Source of the DNA: a virus
Strand: one strand, 5' to 3'
Length of the DNA stretch: 64,000 nucleotides
IMG/VR virus record: IMGVR_UViG_3300045988_168563
Span: 28,530 to 92,529 of that record
Part shown: one piece after another, positions 34,608-44,440 of the stretch
Numbering within the stretch: the first letter of the stretch is position 1
Layout of the letters: each line of letters starts with the position of its first letter
Notes under the pieces: generated by a model
What the model saw: the letters and a program-made list of their open reading frames with translations, nothing else
Databases searched by the model: none
Told to the model about the DNA's origin: nothing
Made by a program: the position numbers and the translations under genes

Positions 34608-34914
34608 AGAAATCATAGATCTCCTACTTGACTATTACGATGGTCTTAGTAAGGGAGAAGCCAAGGACGACAAGGATCTGCTCATCGCTATAGAGATAGC
34701 TATCATCGACAGGACCTCGCTAGGGCTATATGCCACGGTAGAGGAATACAGGTCGATGCTATCTATCCTTTCCTCAGAGCTATCTTTGTGTGGGGTTGAC
34801 TTCGGCGCAGGCGATCTCATCCTCAATGACCCTGTAGAATCCAACAAGAGGCTCAGGGTGACACAGCGTTGCGAGATACGTGTCGCTGACAATACCTTTA
34901 GAATTGAAGTGTAA
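34597..34914 (+). CDS. hypothetical protein
   Basis: The track ORF starts at 34555. The ATG at 34597 (MTDREIIDLL..) gives an 11-nt overlap with the previous stop. Confidence 0.55.
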   Translation: MTDREIIDLLLDYYDGLSKGEAKDDKDLLIAIEIAIIDRTSLGLYATVEEYRSMLSILSSELSLCGVDFGAGDLILNDPVESNKRLRVTQRCEIRVADNTFRIEV

Positions 34915-35621
34915 TGGCAACGTACAGAGAACTCATATCACTGATCACTGATCAGGTCAAGGGTGGCTCGGATGACTTCAGCTTCACCGACGCACACATC
35001 GCCTTCCTCATAGACAAGTACCGCGCCCTCCTTATAGAGAAGAAGTACAATGGCAAGGACCCAGGTAGTGAGAACAAGGTAGATCTGTGCGTCAAGCTCA
35101 AGCTGAAGAGTATCGACAAGTGCAAGAACATCTTTGAGTCTGTGAGTGTCGATAAGCTACCCTCAATGATCGGTGACTACAACATCGAGGCAGGGGAGCT
35201 TACCATCAGCTCAGCTAATACAGATAGGTTCAGGCACGCCCTCTCAGGTGAGTTCGCCGCTAAGACCATCTACGGCACTATCGGCGGTGATAGGCATCTC
35301 AAGCTCAAAGGTCTTGATCCCAGGATGAAGTACCTTAATGAGGTACGTATCACCTGCATGCCTGCATCCATCCCTGATAGGAAGCTCCTCTGTGATCAGT
35401 CTGAGGAAGGACAGGGTGGAGAGTGCGCTGATAGCTATGACATCACCATTCCTCTTGAGGAAGGGCTAGTGATGCCTCTCATAGACGCTGTGAGGAAGGA
35501 TATACTATCTACGATGTACAATGCTGATGACTACAAGAACAACGGCATGGACGACCTCCCAGATATCTACACACTTGCTTCAGCTATCTCTCGTCAGCTG
35601 AGGAATAGGAAAGCTAAGTGA
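34914..35621 (+). CDS. hypothetical virion protein
   Basis: 235-aa ORF with a TAATG junction to the previous gene. Confidence 0.65.
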   Translation: MATYRELISLITDQVKGGSDDFSFTDAHIAFLIDKYRALLIEKKYNGKDPGSENKVDLCVKLKLKSIDKCKNIFESVSVDKLPSMIGDYNIEAGELTISSANTDRFRHALSGEFAAKTIYGTIGGDRHLKLKGLDPRMKYLNEVRITCMPASIPDRKLLCDQSEEGQGGECADSYDITIPLEEGLVMPLIDAVRKDILSTMYNADDYKNNGMDDLPDIYTLASAISRQLRNRKAK

Positions 35622-36064
35622 TGAAGAGTATCGGAAGTAAGGAGATCTATCCCTTCCTCAGGAAGGACCTCAAGAAGAAGGTGAAAAGAAGTATCTTCAT
35701 AGACATAGTGAAGGACCTCAACGCCGCTCTCTTTGATGTCTTGCTTGAGGAAGGGATGGTTCGTCTACCTTTGGATCTCGCAGTCCTCTACCTTGAGCTC
35801 AGGGAGTACGAGCCCAAACTTGTCAATGGTAAGCTCACAGGGCTACCACCTATCAACTGGGCGAAGACCAACGAGATCAGGAAGAGCGGCCACAAAGGCT
35901 TCGTGAGGCAGGACTGGAAGCACAAGCTGATCCTGCGTAGCAAGAAGTCCATGAGGAGACGCACAGTGATGCGTCATTACCTCTTTGAGTATTACAGGAG
36001 CGCTAAGACAAAGCTCCGCGAACAAGAACAAAGACTAATATATGAACAGGTACATAGGTATTGA
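35621..36064 (+). CDS. basic protein; possible second HU/IHF-like subunit (weak)
   Basis: The track start 35618 is GTG. The ATG at 35621 overlaps the previous stop (TGATG). The protein is Lys/Arg-rich; ..RSIFIDIVKDLNAALFDVLLEEGMVRLP.. loosely resembles the HU/IHF helical body. Confidence 0.35.
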   Translation: MKSIGSKEIYPFLRKDLKKKVKRSIFIDIVKDLNAALFDVLLEEGMVRLPLDLAVLYLELREYEPKLVNGKLTGLPPINWAKTNEIRKSGHKGFVRQDWKHKLILRSKKSMRRRTVMRHYLFEYYRSAKTKLREQEQRLIYEQVHRY

Positions 36065-36647
36065 TAGCCTCCTTTCTAGGTTGACCAGGAATCCCAACTT
36101 GGCTACCCTGGATAAGGAGGCTGTTGCTGAGTACGTAGCTAGCTTCACGAGGAAGTACGCTGAGCCCGACAGTCTTGATATCTATGAAGACGAGGTGGAG
36201 ATCAAGTCCTTCCGTGGTAGGCTGCCTAAGGACTGTCTCAGGCTTCAGTCCGTACGTATCGGTCACATCCCCATGAATGAGGTGAGGAGGAGTGGACGTA
36301 TAGGGAAGTACGAGTACACCCTACGCAATGGTGTTATGCAATGTGGCTTTGAGAAGGGTAAGATCGACATCTCCTATCTCGCTATGCCGGTAGATGAGGA
36401 TGGCTTCCCCATGGTCTATGAGGATGAGATGCTCATTGACGCTATCCTAGCCTACATCAAGATGGACCAGTACAAGCTCCTCTTCGATAATAACAAGATC
36501 AGCAGGGAGTCATCACACCAGGCACAGCAAGACTACGCATGGGCCGTAGGACAGTACCTCGCATCACAGAGGATGCCTACACCTGAGGAGATCATCGAGA
36601 TCGGTATCAGGGCTAGGTTCTCCGACATAGGTACCAAGAGACGATGA
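36042..36647 (+). CDS. hypothetical virion protein
   Basis: 201-aa ORF with a 23-nt overlap upstream and an ATGA overlap downstream. Confidence 0.6.
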   Translation: MNRYIGIDSLLSRLTRNPNLATLDKEAVAEYVASFTRKYAEPDSLDIYEDEVEIKSFRGRLPKDCLRLQSVRIGHIPMNEVRRSGRIGKYEYTLRNGVMQCGFEKGKIDISYLAMPVDEDGFPMVYEDEMLIDAILAYIKMDQYKLLFDNNKISRESSHQAQQDYAWAVGQYLASQRMPTPEEIIEIGIRARFSDIGTKRR

Positions 36648-39600
36648 AAGAGAAGGTTATCCGCCTAATGGCTCGAGGCATGGCGCAAGACCACGCTGAG
36701 GCCAGGGCATCAAACGATCTAGCCTACGAGCTGAGGAATATCCGCATTTCCTCAGATGGCAGTAACACGCTCTTCTCTATAAGTTGCATCAAGGGGACAG
36801 AAGCCAAGAGCTCTGTCCCTGGCCGCGTTGTAGCTACCACTGTGATAGGCGACAAGGCTGTCATCCTCAGTAAGCTCGGCAATGATGGTATGGTCTTCGT
36901 CTTCGATGGCGAGAACATCAAGAAGATCTACCAGACCGAGATGAACCTGAGCGATAACGTCGATATGATCGGTGTTGTCGAGCGCGATGACATTGAGAAG
37001 GTCTACTGGGTTGATGGTGTCAATCCACTAAGGTCACTTAACATCCATGACAAGCGTCTAGCCACCAATCCTGATGTCGACTACATCAACAACACCTGGT
37101 CTCTATCTTTTGAGGAAGAGGTAAGTGTCACACAGAGCTGGGGTCGTGGATCAAAGCTGCATAGTGGTAACGTCACCTATCTCTTCACCTACTCTCTTCT
37201 TCATGGCAAGGAGTCCAAGGTCTTCGCTGAGTCTGACGTTTACTACATCACCCATTCTGATGGTCGTGGTGGTTCAGGCGAGGACATTATCAATTGCTCC
37301 TTCGATATCGAGGTCACAGGCTTGGATCAGAAGGCTGACTTCGTCAATGTGTATAGGATCCTCAGGACTAGCGAGGGTGGTACACCTGACGTGCAGCGCG
37401 TCTACTCTATCCCTGTCACTGGCACTAGTGTAGAGTTTCACGACTACGGCCAGCCAGGTATCAGCATCGAGCCTCAGGCTATCCTGTATCTCGGTAGCAA
37501 CACGATCATCGCCTCTACGCTCGCAGCCAAGGATAACACGCTGTTCCTCGGCAACCTCTCTATCCCCGGCTTTAAGTTGTCTGAGGAGGAACAGAAGACG
37601 ATCAAGGACCACTATGCTGCAGGTGGCATAAACTTCAACCCTGTCGATGTAGAACCTTTTAGGGCTAGACAGGCAGGTAAGGGTCACAAGGATATCTCTG
37701 TGTTGATGCCGTATGAGCATTACCCTGTGGCTATCCAGCTTATCAGTAAGACAGGTCAGGAATCCAACCCTGTGCCTGTCGGTGTGTTCATAGCACCCGA
37801 CTCTCCCTCAAGGCTTGTAGTATCACCTCCTCCTGTGGTAGGGGACTATGTGGGTTACAGGGTTCTCATCCATTATCCATCGACGAAGGAGCGTAGGACG
37901 ATCGCTAATGGCGTTCTCTCTCCTACCCTCTATACGGTAGCTGATAGGGAGGACGGTGTACCATACGCCTTCTCCTCATACTGCTTCAGGCCCATCACAC
38001 GTGATGAGCTGCTCCCAGAGAGTCTTGGTGATCTCACCGTGAATAAGTCCCTCTTCAGGAAGGAGGTAGACCAGCCGTTCTTCAAGTCTAGCTCCTCTAC
38101 GGCTGGTCTTGCGTCAGCTCAGGTAAGGGTGTGTGCTGAGATACAGACCTTCAATACCCCTGACATCCAGGACTGCTACGATGAGGATATCCAGCTTCAC
38201 GTGAAGACCCTTGGTGCTCCCATCGAGTCATACGTCTACAGAGATACTAGGGTTGAGGAAGGGAAGTGGAGTGATATCTCTACCACATACGACCATGAGT
38301 CTCTCCTCAGGCCCTCATTGTCTACCACCATAGGATCAACGACGAGGCTTGAGCCAGGCTCTAAGATTCTAAAGGTGTCAAGCCTTGAGACTGACATGGT
38401 AGGTGTGGCTATCCCTCTCTTCTCTACCAAGGACACATCTGGTGGTAAGGTTGTCGAGAATACCACAGCACGACTCTCTGTGTATGGTAGGGCAACGACA
38501 GATGAGAGGACGCTCAATGGTAAGACCTCTACGTGGAGGAATGGTGGAGCATCACTGCAGAAGGTTGATGGTGACACGTACCTTGGCGAGGTAGACAAGA
38601 TTCTCCCAGCTATCAAGGGTGGTGTATCGCGTTTCCTTGGTGTTGATGGGAAGGGACAGGCTAGGTCAGTATCTAGCATCAGCGGTCCCACGAGGATGAA
38701 GTACGGCACGTCAGACCACTTCGTCATCAAGCTCAGCAAGGATGATCTTGTCGCAAATGAGGTTAAGCGTGATGGTCTTCCTCCTAGCGCCGTGAGTGAC
38801 TTCATGAATACTATGGAGGGCAGGTGGTTCACACATGACTTCGATCCTCAAGGTGGTGCTAACCTCGGTGGCGCTAAGAACTGTTGGGGACCTGTCTCTA
38901 TCGAGTTCCACGATGGTGACTTCCCTGATACGTCCTACGCTGATATAGCGACTACCTTCTTCTCGAGTGTTGAGGAAGTGAGAGAGAAGCTCTTCCCCAG
39001 CTGGCTCACCCTTGACGCTGATAACGGCAAGGAGACGTTCTACTATGCTACACCTCCTGGTGGTGTCTACTGGAACAAGCATGAGGCTATGGACGACAAG
39101 AAGGGTAAGATGCGCATCATCAGTCCATACACCAAGGACTCTGGTGATGTCATTGACTCTAACGGCGTACCATTCAGGCACTCGCTCTACAAGACTGACG
39201 CTACCTCTGTAGGTCTATGGCTTGCCTTCGTGTCAAGAGGGCAGATAGCTAAGGGTGTGGGATCGTCAAGCAATGACAGGGATAACCTGAGGAGGCTGAT
39301 GAGAGAGATCCTCAAGGTAACAGCTGAGAAGCTCATGAGCAGGTACAACCAAGTTCCTGTCTCCTCAAAGAGTATTGTCAAGGCTCCTCTTACTGACTCG
39401 GTCCTTCCCATCGCTCTGATGACGAGAGAGGCTCCTGGGTATGACATCGACAGTCTCAGGTGGGAGTCCTACTCTTACGTAACGCCCATTGCTAAGAGTG
39501 CTACAGGAGGCGGTGACACCTACTATCAGACGACAACGCTCTTCAAGACTATCCCTTCCTCAGAAGCTAATAAGGTGACTGATATCATTGACATTCCTCT

Positions 39601-40774
39601 CCTCACTAGGGTAAACCAGCTTGGTAGGTATGATAGGAACATCGGTATCAAGACCCCTCAGGCTATGAGTATGGACAACGTCAATAAGATGAACGATGTC
39701 TACAACGACAGGATGACCCTCAAGACGTACGATATCATCCCTGACTACATGCTTACGTCACATCACCCAGCGTCATTTACATGGAGTAAGACTAAGCAGA
39801 ACGGAGAGTTCATTGATAACTACACGCACTTCAGTGGCGCTTCTACAGCATCCCTTGATGGTATCTGTGGTAGTATCACAAGAATCCTCTCCTCATCAGA
39901 CAGACTGTTCTTCGTACAGAGACAGGGTATAGGACTTATCAACTACAACAGCAGGGTCCAGGTCCAAGCATCTGATGGTGTGCCTATCGAGATCAGCAAT
40001 AGCCGTAAGGTCGATGGTCATAGGTACATGTCTAAGGAGATCGGTACAGGCTCTCTGAGGAGGGTATGCCATTCCGCTTCGGCACTCTATCTCCTTGACG
40101 ACCGCACTAGCACGCTTTACAGCCTCTCTGACGGCTTATCTCCCATCTCTAAGCAGAAGTCTATGCAGGACTATTTATCGGCCACCACAGGGGCTGTATT
40201 ACTCTCAGAGGGGGTGATGAATAGGATTCACGTCTGTACTAAGGATGAGACGCTGTGCTACAATGAGGAGCTGCAGGCCTTTGAGTCCTTCTACGACTAT
40301 AAAAAGATTGAGGAGATGTTCGTCCTTGGTCAGTCGGTCTACAGCTTGGCTTATGGGTATCTCTGGCATAACGAGTCGAAGTATGGTGCAGGTCTGTACA
40401 ACCAAGCTCTTGACTGGTACATCCACTACAGGGTCAATCCTGAAGGTGCAGGCGAGGATAAGATCTTCACCAACCTCGACGTCCGTGGTGACACTTGGGA
40501 TGGTGATAAGCTGATCACCCTTGACCTCACAGAGATGGACGTGTGGACGGAGTATCAGCGCACTATGGGCTATGGGATTACCTTTGTAAAGAACTATCCG
40601 TCAGTGATGAAGGAGAAGTTCAGGATTTACAGAATACAGATCCCACGAGACGCGCAGAGCAAGTTCAAGATGGATCGTATCAGGAATCCATGGATGCACC
40701 TCAGGCTCCACTCTAATGGTGGCTTGCTCTACAGGAGCATCATTCACGATATAACTGTTCACTATTACGAGTGA
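36644..40774 (+). CDS. large tail structural protein (hub/muzzle-type candidate)
   Basis: 1376-aa ORF, beta-rich throughout, sited in the tail part of the late operon. The role is inferred from size and position only. Confidence 0.7.
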   Translation: MKEKVIRLMARGMAQDHAEARASNDLAYELRNIRISSDGSNTLFSISCIKGTEAKSSVPGRVVATTVIGDKAVILSKLGNDGMVFVFDGENIKKIYQTEMNLSDNVDMIGVVERDDIEKVYWVDGVNPLRSLNIHDKRLATNPDVDYINNTWSLSFEEEVSVTQSWGRGSKLHSGNVTYLFTYSLLHGKESKVFAESDVYYITHSDGRGGSGEDIINCSFDIEVTGLDQKADFVNVYRILRTSEGGTPDVQRVYSIPVTGTSVEFHDYGQPGISIEPQAILYLGSNTIIASTLAAKDNTLFLGNLSIPGFKLSEEEQKTIKDHYAAGGINFNPVDVEPFRARQAGKGHKDISVLMPYEHYPVAIQLISKTGQESNPVPVGVFIAPDSPSRLVVSPPPVVGDYVGYRVLIHYPSTKERRTIANGVLSPTLYTVADREDGVPYAFSSYCFRPITRDELLPESLGDLTVNKSLFRKEVDQPFFKSSSSTAGLASAQVRVCAEIQTFNTPDIQDCYDEDIQLHVKTLGAPIESYVYRDTRVEEGKWSDISTTYDHESLLRPSLSTTIGSTTRLEPGSKILKVSSLETDMVGVAIPLFSTKDTSGGKVVENTTARLSVYGRATTDERTLNGKTSTWRNGGASLQKVDGDTYLGEVDKILPAIKGGVSRFLGVDGKGQARSVSSISGPTRMKYGTSDHFVIKLSKDDLVANEVKRDGLPPSAVSDFMNTMEGRWFTHDFDPQGGANLGGAKNCWGPVSIEFHDGDFPDTSYADIATTFFSSVEEVREKLFPSWLTLDADNGKETFYYATPPGGVYWNKHEAMDDKKGKMRIISPYTKDSGDVIDSNGVPFRHSLYKTDATSVGLWLAFVSRGQIAKGVGSSSNDRDNLRRLMREILKVTAEKLMSRYNQVPVSSKSIVKAPLTDSVLPIALMTREAPGYDIDSLRWESYSYVTPIAKSATGGGDTYYQTTTLFKTIPSSEANKVTDIIDIPLLTRVNQLGRYDRNIGIKTPQAMSMDNVNKMNDVYNDRMTLKTYDIIPDYMLTSHHPASFTWSKTKQNGEFIDNYTHFSGASTASLDGICGSITRILSSSDRLFFVQRQGIGLINYNSRVQVQASDGVPIEISNSRKVDGHRYMSKEIGTGSLRRVCHSASALYLLDDRTSTLYSLSDGLSPISKQKSMQDYLSATTGAVLLSEGVMNRIHVCTKDETLCYNEELQAFESFYDYKKIEEMFVLGQSVYSLAYGYLWHNESKYGAGLYNQALDWYIHYRVNPEGAGEDKIFTNLDVRGDTWDGDKLITLDLTEMDVWTEYQRTMGYGITFVKNYPSVMKEKFRIYRIQIPRDAQSKFKMDRIRNPWMHLRLHSNGGLLYRSIIHDITVHYYE

Positions 40775-40779
40775 TTGAT

Positions 40780-42531
40780 ATGACAGAATCAGAAATAAGG
40801 GCGGCAAGGGCGAGCCGTTTAGCAGGTAAGATCTCGGGGGCTATCTCCGGGATCTCTGCCGTGCGTGACGCTTTCCTCACGTCCAGTAAGCTAAAGGATA
40901 CTAGCGGTCTTGAGAAGGAGGCGCAGTACCATACCGGTCCTGTGGGTGTCGATAGCAATGATGCACTCATGGCTCAATGGGAAGCTATCGATCCACTTGA
41001 CTCAGTCTCATACTCTCAGGTGAGAGATGATGGTAATGCTATCGGTGGTATCGCATCTGGCATCCTTGGTGGTGCTGGTGCAGGTACAGCCTTTGGCCCT
41101 ATTGGCTCTATCATCGGTGGAGGTCTCGGCCTCATCGGTGGTATTGCTGGTGCCTTCAAGGGCAGTGCTGATGCCAGAGAGCGACAGCGTCAGCTCAATG
41201 AACAGAGGGCTATCGCTAACAATGAAGTAAATAGATCCTTCCTCACCGCAGCTCAGTCTGTGGACAAGAGTAATGACACCAGGCTTCAACAGCAGTTCTT
41301 TGCTGATGGTGGTGTGACTGAGTTCAACGCTGGTGGTACTCACGAGACTAATCCCAACGGTGGTGTGCAGTTCGGCATCAATGGTGAAGGTCAACCTATG
41401 CTGGCTGAGGAAGGAGAGATTAAGGTAGGTAACTATATGTTCTCAGATCGACTAGAAGAAAGCAAGGGTAAGAGCTTTGCCAAGGCAGCGAGGAAGCTAG
41501 CTAAGTCCCTTGAGCAGCGTCCTAACGACCCAATCGAAAAGCGTAGGTTTGAAGTTGAGACGGCAAGGCTCGCACAGAGACAGGAACAGATCAAGGCTAT
41601 GAGTCAACCATCTCTTCCTCAGGGACAGATCTTCGCCAAGGGTGGTGCTATCTCTCCTCTCCTCAGGTACGCTCCTGCAGCCCTATCAGGTCTCAATGTC
41701 CTTCGTGATACCTTCGGTGCTACTAATAAGGATGACTTTTCCAGGGCTGACAGGATCGAGCGTGAGTACGTGAAGACGTTTAAGGAAGCTCCTATCAGGA
41801 CACCAGAGATCGTCAAGGATACGTATAAGCCCTTCGACACCGATTACACGGCTAGTAAGATCATCGCTCAGGGTAATGCCCTGAGGAACGCGATCATCAA
41901 TGGCTCCAGTGGTAATGGTCTTGGTGCTGTTGCTGGGTTGCTTGCTTCTGGGTATAACACACAGCAGGCTATCGCTGATGCTAAGATCAAGGCTGATGAG
42001 TTCAACGATCAGAGGAGAAGGGCTGTAATCGGCTTCAACCGACAACAGGAAGCACAGAACCTCCAGTTCATCCTCCAGCAGGAGGCGGCTAACAGACAGA
42101 TTGCAGCGCAGAGGTTGCAGGGCATTGAAAGGTCTGAGGCGATGAGGATGGCTGAGGAAGCAGCAAATGCGCAGGCCAGGTCTACTAACCTCAACAACTT
42201 CGCGATGAACCTCAGCGCTATTGGTGAGACCGCTCTCAACAGGAGGCTGGTAGCTGCAGTACATGGGTACACCTTCGATGATCTTGGTAACATCATAAGG
42301 ACACCTGGGTACTCTCCAGACTATGCTTCTCCTCAGAACGCAAGTCAGACTGTTCCTCAGGCGGCAGTAGGAACAAGTACACCGCCCCCTATAGTTAGAA
42401 GGACATTCCCTACAATTCAGAAGGAGCTACTGAAGTTGAACAACTTGTTTAGCACTAATCCGAACGATGAGGTGAACTCTCCGACATTTGCTGGTCTCTC
42501 GCTATTTGGTAGACCTATGAACCTCAAGTAA
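40780..42531 (+). CDS. internal/ejection protein candidate with Gly-rich hydrophobic segment
   Basis: The track start 40771 is GTG; the ATG is at 40780. The AIGGIASGILGGAGAGTAFGPIGSIIGGGLGLIGGIAGAF segment (about 41038-41163) is followed by Q/R-rich helices. Confidence 0.6.
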   Translation: MTESEIRAARASRLAGKISGAISGISAVRDAFLTSSKLKDTSGLEKEAQYHTGPVGVDSNDALMAQWEAIDPLDSVSYSQVRDDGNAIGGIASGILGGAGAGTAFGPIGSIIGGGLGLIGGIAGAFKGSADARERQRQLNEQRAIANNEVNRSFLTAAQSVDKSNDTRLQQQFFADGGVTEFNAGGTHETNPNGGVQFGINGEGQPMLAEEGEIKVGNYMFSDRLEESKGKSFAKAARKLAKSLEQRPNDPIEKRRFEVETARLAQRQEQIKAMSQPSLPQGQIFAKGGAISPLLRYAPAALSGLNVLRDTFGATNKDDFSRADRIEREYVKTFKEAPIRTPEIVKDTYKPFDTDYTASKIIAQGNALRNAIINGSSGNGLGAVAGLLASGYNTQQAIADAKIKADEFNDQRRRAVIGFNRQQEAQNLQFILQQEAANRQIAAQRLQGIERSEAMRMAEEAANAQARSTNLNNFAMNLSAIGETALNRRLVAAVHGYTFDDLGNIIRTPGYSPDYASPQNASQTVPQAAVGTSTPPPIVRRTFPTIQKELLKLNNLFSTNPNDEVNSPTFAGLSLFGRPMNLK

Positions 42532-42538
42532 CAGATAT

Positions 42539-42572
42539 GGAAGAGTGGTGGCGACAGTGCCATCATTCTTCC
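42539..42572 (+). terminator. hairpin after gene 40780..42531 (terminator/attenuator candidate)
   Basis: 14-bp stem GGAAGAGTGGTGGC/GCCATCATTCTTCC (two G.U), 8 nt after the stop. There is no T-run; the -7 box follows directly. Confidence 0.4.
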
Positions 42573-42573
42573 G

Positions 42574-42581
42574 TACCTTTG
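42574..42581 (+). promoter_or_regulatory. internal late promoter -7 box (TACCTTTG)
   Basis: It lies 1 nt after hairpin 42539-42572 and 24 nt upstream of ATG 42606. Confidence 0.45.
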
Positions 42582-42605
42582 AAGAGATACTAATAATAAT
42601 ATATA

Positions 42606-44438
42606 ATGGCTAAAACGACAGTTACCACAGCGGTAATGCAGCCTACCTCATTCGACCAGATGGCTCGTATCATTGAGCCTCTAGCGAGGCGTGAGGAAGA
42701 GTACTACACGACCGCAATACAGTCCCATACAGACCTTATGTCTCTTTCCTCAGCCCTATCTGCCGAGGATAAGAACAGTGACTTCTACAAGGGCACTATC
42801 GCTCCTATGCTATCTAAGCTCAGTGGGTATGCTGATAGGATTGCTAAGGAAGGGGTTATCTCTGATGGCGCATACAATAGGGCAATGATGCAAGACCTTG
42901 TGAAGCTCAAGGGTCAGTACGCACAAGGAGCTAGCCAGCTCAAGGACGCTCTCACTAGGCGAGCGCAGTACAATGATATGGCTTCTAAGGCCAGGCTACA
43001 GGATCCCTCTGCAGTCGTCCTTGGTAAGGACCTATCCATCCAATCATTCATTGACGATCCTAACAAGATAGCTCCCCTCCTCTTCTCTGGTGAGGATGCT
43101 AGGAAGCGAGCCTTCGACTACCTTTCAGCTTGGAGGAACAGCACACAGGATCTCAAGCTCATCGGGAATATCGATAGACTTACCAGGATCCTGCGCACAG
43201 TGAAGGGCTCTAAGGCTGAAGATGTGTACAAGGCTATCGGCCAGCACTTCTCTGATCCCAAGAATCCTCTCACCGAGCTTTACAATCAGGTCCTTCATCA
43301 GGTCAAGTCCTCATATGGCGAGGACATCAGGAAGCACCTTGATGAGCCAGAAGCTAACTTCGCTCTTGTCCATGGCGTACAGCGTGGTATGATCGGTGCT
43401 GCAGGTGGTGACGCTATGACACCATTTGAGGATAAGGAGGCCATCATGATGCTACAGGATAAGTTGGCGAGGGCGCGCGACGCTGCAAGGCCTCATAACG
43501 GTGGAGGTCATAGAGGAGGTGATGGTGGTGCTGCAGGTAGTCCTGATATGACTGGTGGCTCTATCGATCTCAAGGCTAGAGGTGGTGGTAAGGCTACGTA
43601 CAGCTCTGGCTTAGTTGGTCACACCCTCTTAAACTCTACATGGCGAGCTGCGGTAAACAAGTTCAATAGGCTTCCTGCATCATCAAGAACTCCATCTGCC
43701 ATGAACGATCTCGTTACTGAAGCGTATGCTAAGACCTTTGGTAGTCAGAACTTACCAGCAGTATCCAAGATTCTGCAGAAAGCAGGCTTCACGTGGACTG
43801 GTAATAAGCTGGTAGCACCAACACAGAAGTCTGCGGATGGTAAGGGTGTTTCCTTTAACCCCAACTTCCTTGGCATCCAATACTCAGCAGATGTGAATAA
43901 CAATCTGTACCGCATGACAGCTAAGAATAACGTAGCTGGTAGCTTCAATGTGTCCTCTGACGTAGCTAACGATATCCTTAGCGCTGCACTCTCTGGTGCG
44001 TATGGTGATGACTATAAGAGCAGGCTTAGCGACACTGATTCTAAGAAGCTCGACAATTTTGTCAAGAGCTTCAGGAGCGGTACAAGACCTAAGTCAGCCC
44101 GCGTGATGCAGGACTCAGATGGTCGATGGTACTACGAGGCTGAGTATATCAATGGCGGTGATAAGACACCTGCATCAATAGCAGTACCACTCTCGACCTC
44201 GAGAAATCTTCAGCACCTCATGGGTCTTTCCTCAGAACTTGACTTCAACACGTCAGAAGAGTCCCTCATGCAGAAGAAGCTCCTCCTGGCTAAGTATCAG
44301 TCGATAATAGAGAATAAGCGTGCTAATGCAACGATCGATCCAGATGAGGTTGCAGGTATGGACATAGTTATGGATGCTGCACAGAGCAATCCGTCATTCT
44401 TAGATACGTCACTTGACATCCTTGGACAGAATAGATAA
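42606..44438 (+). CDS. virion/cargo protein candidate
   Basis: 610-aa ORF preceded by its own hairpin and TACCTTTG box (42539-42581). No motif recognised. Confidence 0.7.
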   Translation: MAKTTVTTAVMQPTSFDQMARIIEPLARREEEYYTTAIQSHTDLMSLSSALSAEDKNSDFYKGTIAPMLSKLSGYADRIAKEGVISDGAYNRAMMQDLVKLKGQYAQGASQLKDALTRRAQYNDMASKARLQDPSAVVLGKDLSIQSFIDDPNKIAPLLFSGEDARKRAFDYLSAWRNSTQDLKLIGNIDRLTRILRTVKGSKAEDVYKAIGQHFSDPKNPLTELYNQVLHQVKSSYGEDIRKHLDEPEANFALVHGVQRGMIGAAGGDAMTPFEDKEAIMMLQDKLARARDAARPHNGGGHRGGDGGAAGSPDMTGGSIDLKARGGGKATYSSGLVGHTLLNSTWRAAVNKFNRLPASSRTPSAMNDLVTEAYAKTFGSQNLPAVSKILQKAGFTWTGNKLVAPTQKSADGKGVSFNPNFLGIQYSADVNNNLYRMTAKNNVAGSFNVSSDVANDILSAALSGAYGDDYKSRLSDTDSKKLDNFVKSFRSGTRPKSARVMQDSDGRWYYEAEYINGGDKTPASIAVPLSTSRNLQHLMGLSSELDFNTSEESLMQKKLLLAKYQSIIENKRANATIDPDEVAGMDIVMDAAQSNPSFLDTSLDILGQNR

Positions 44439-44440
44439 AT

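Noticed and set aside
40579-40586. TACCTTTG box inside the 1376-aa gene as an internal promoter.
   Set aside because: It lies within coding sequence with no preceding hairpin, about 190 nt upstream of the next start. A single 8-mer match is expected by chance in 64 kb.
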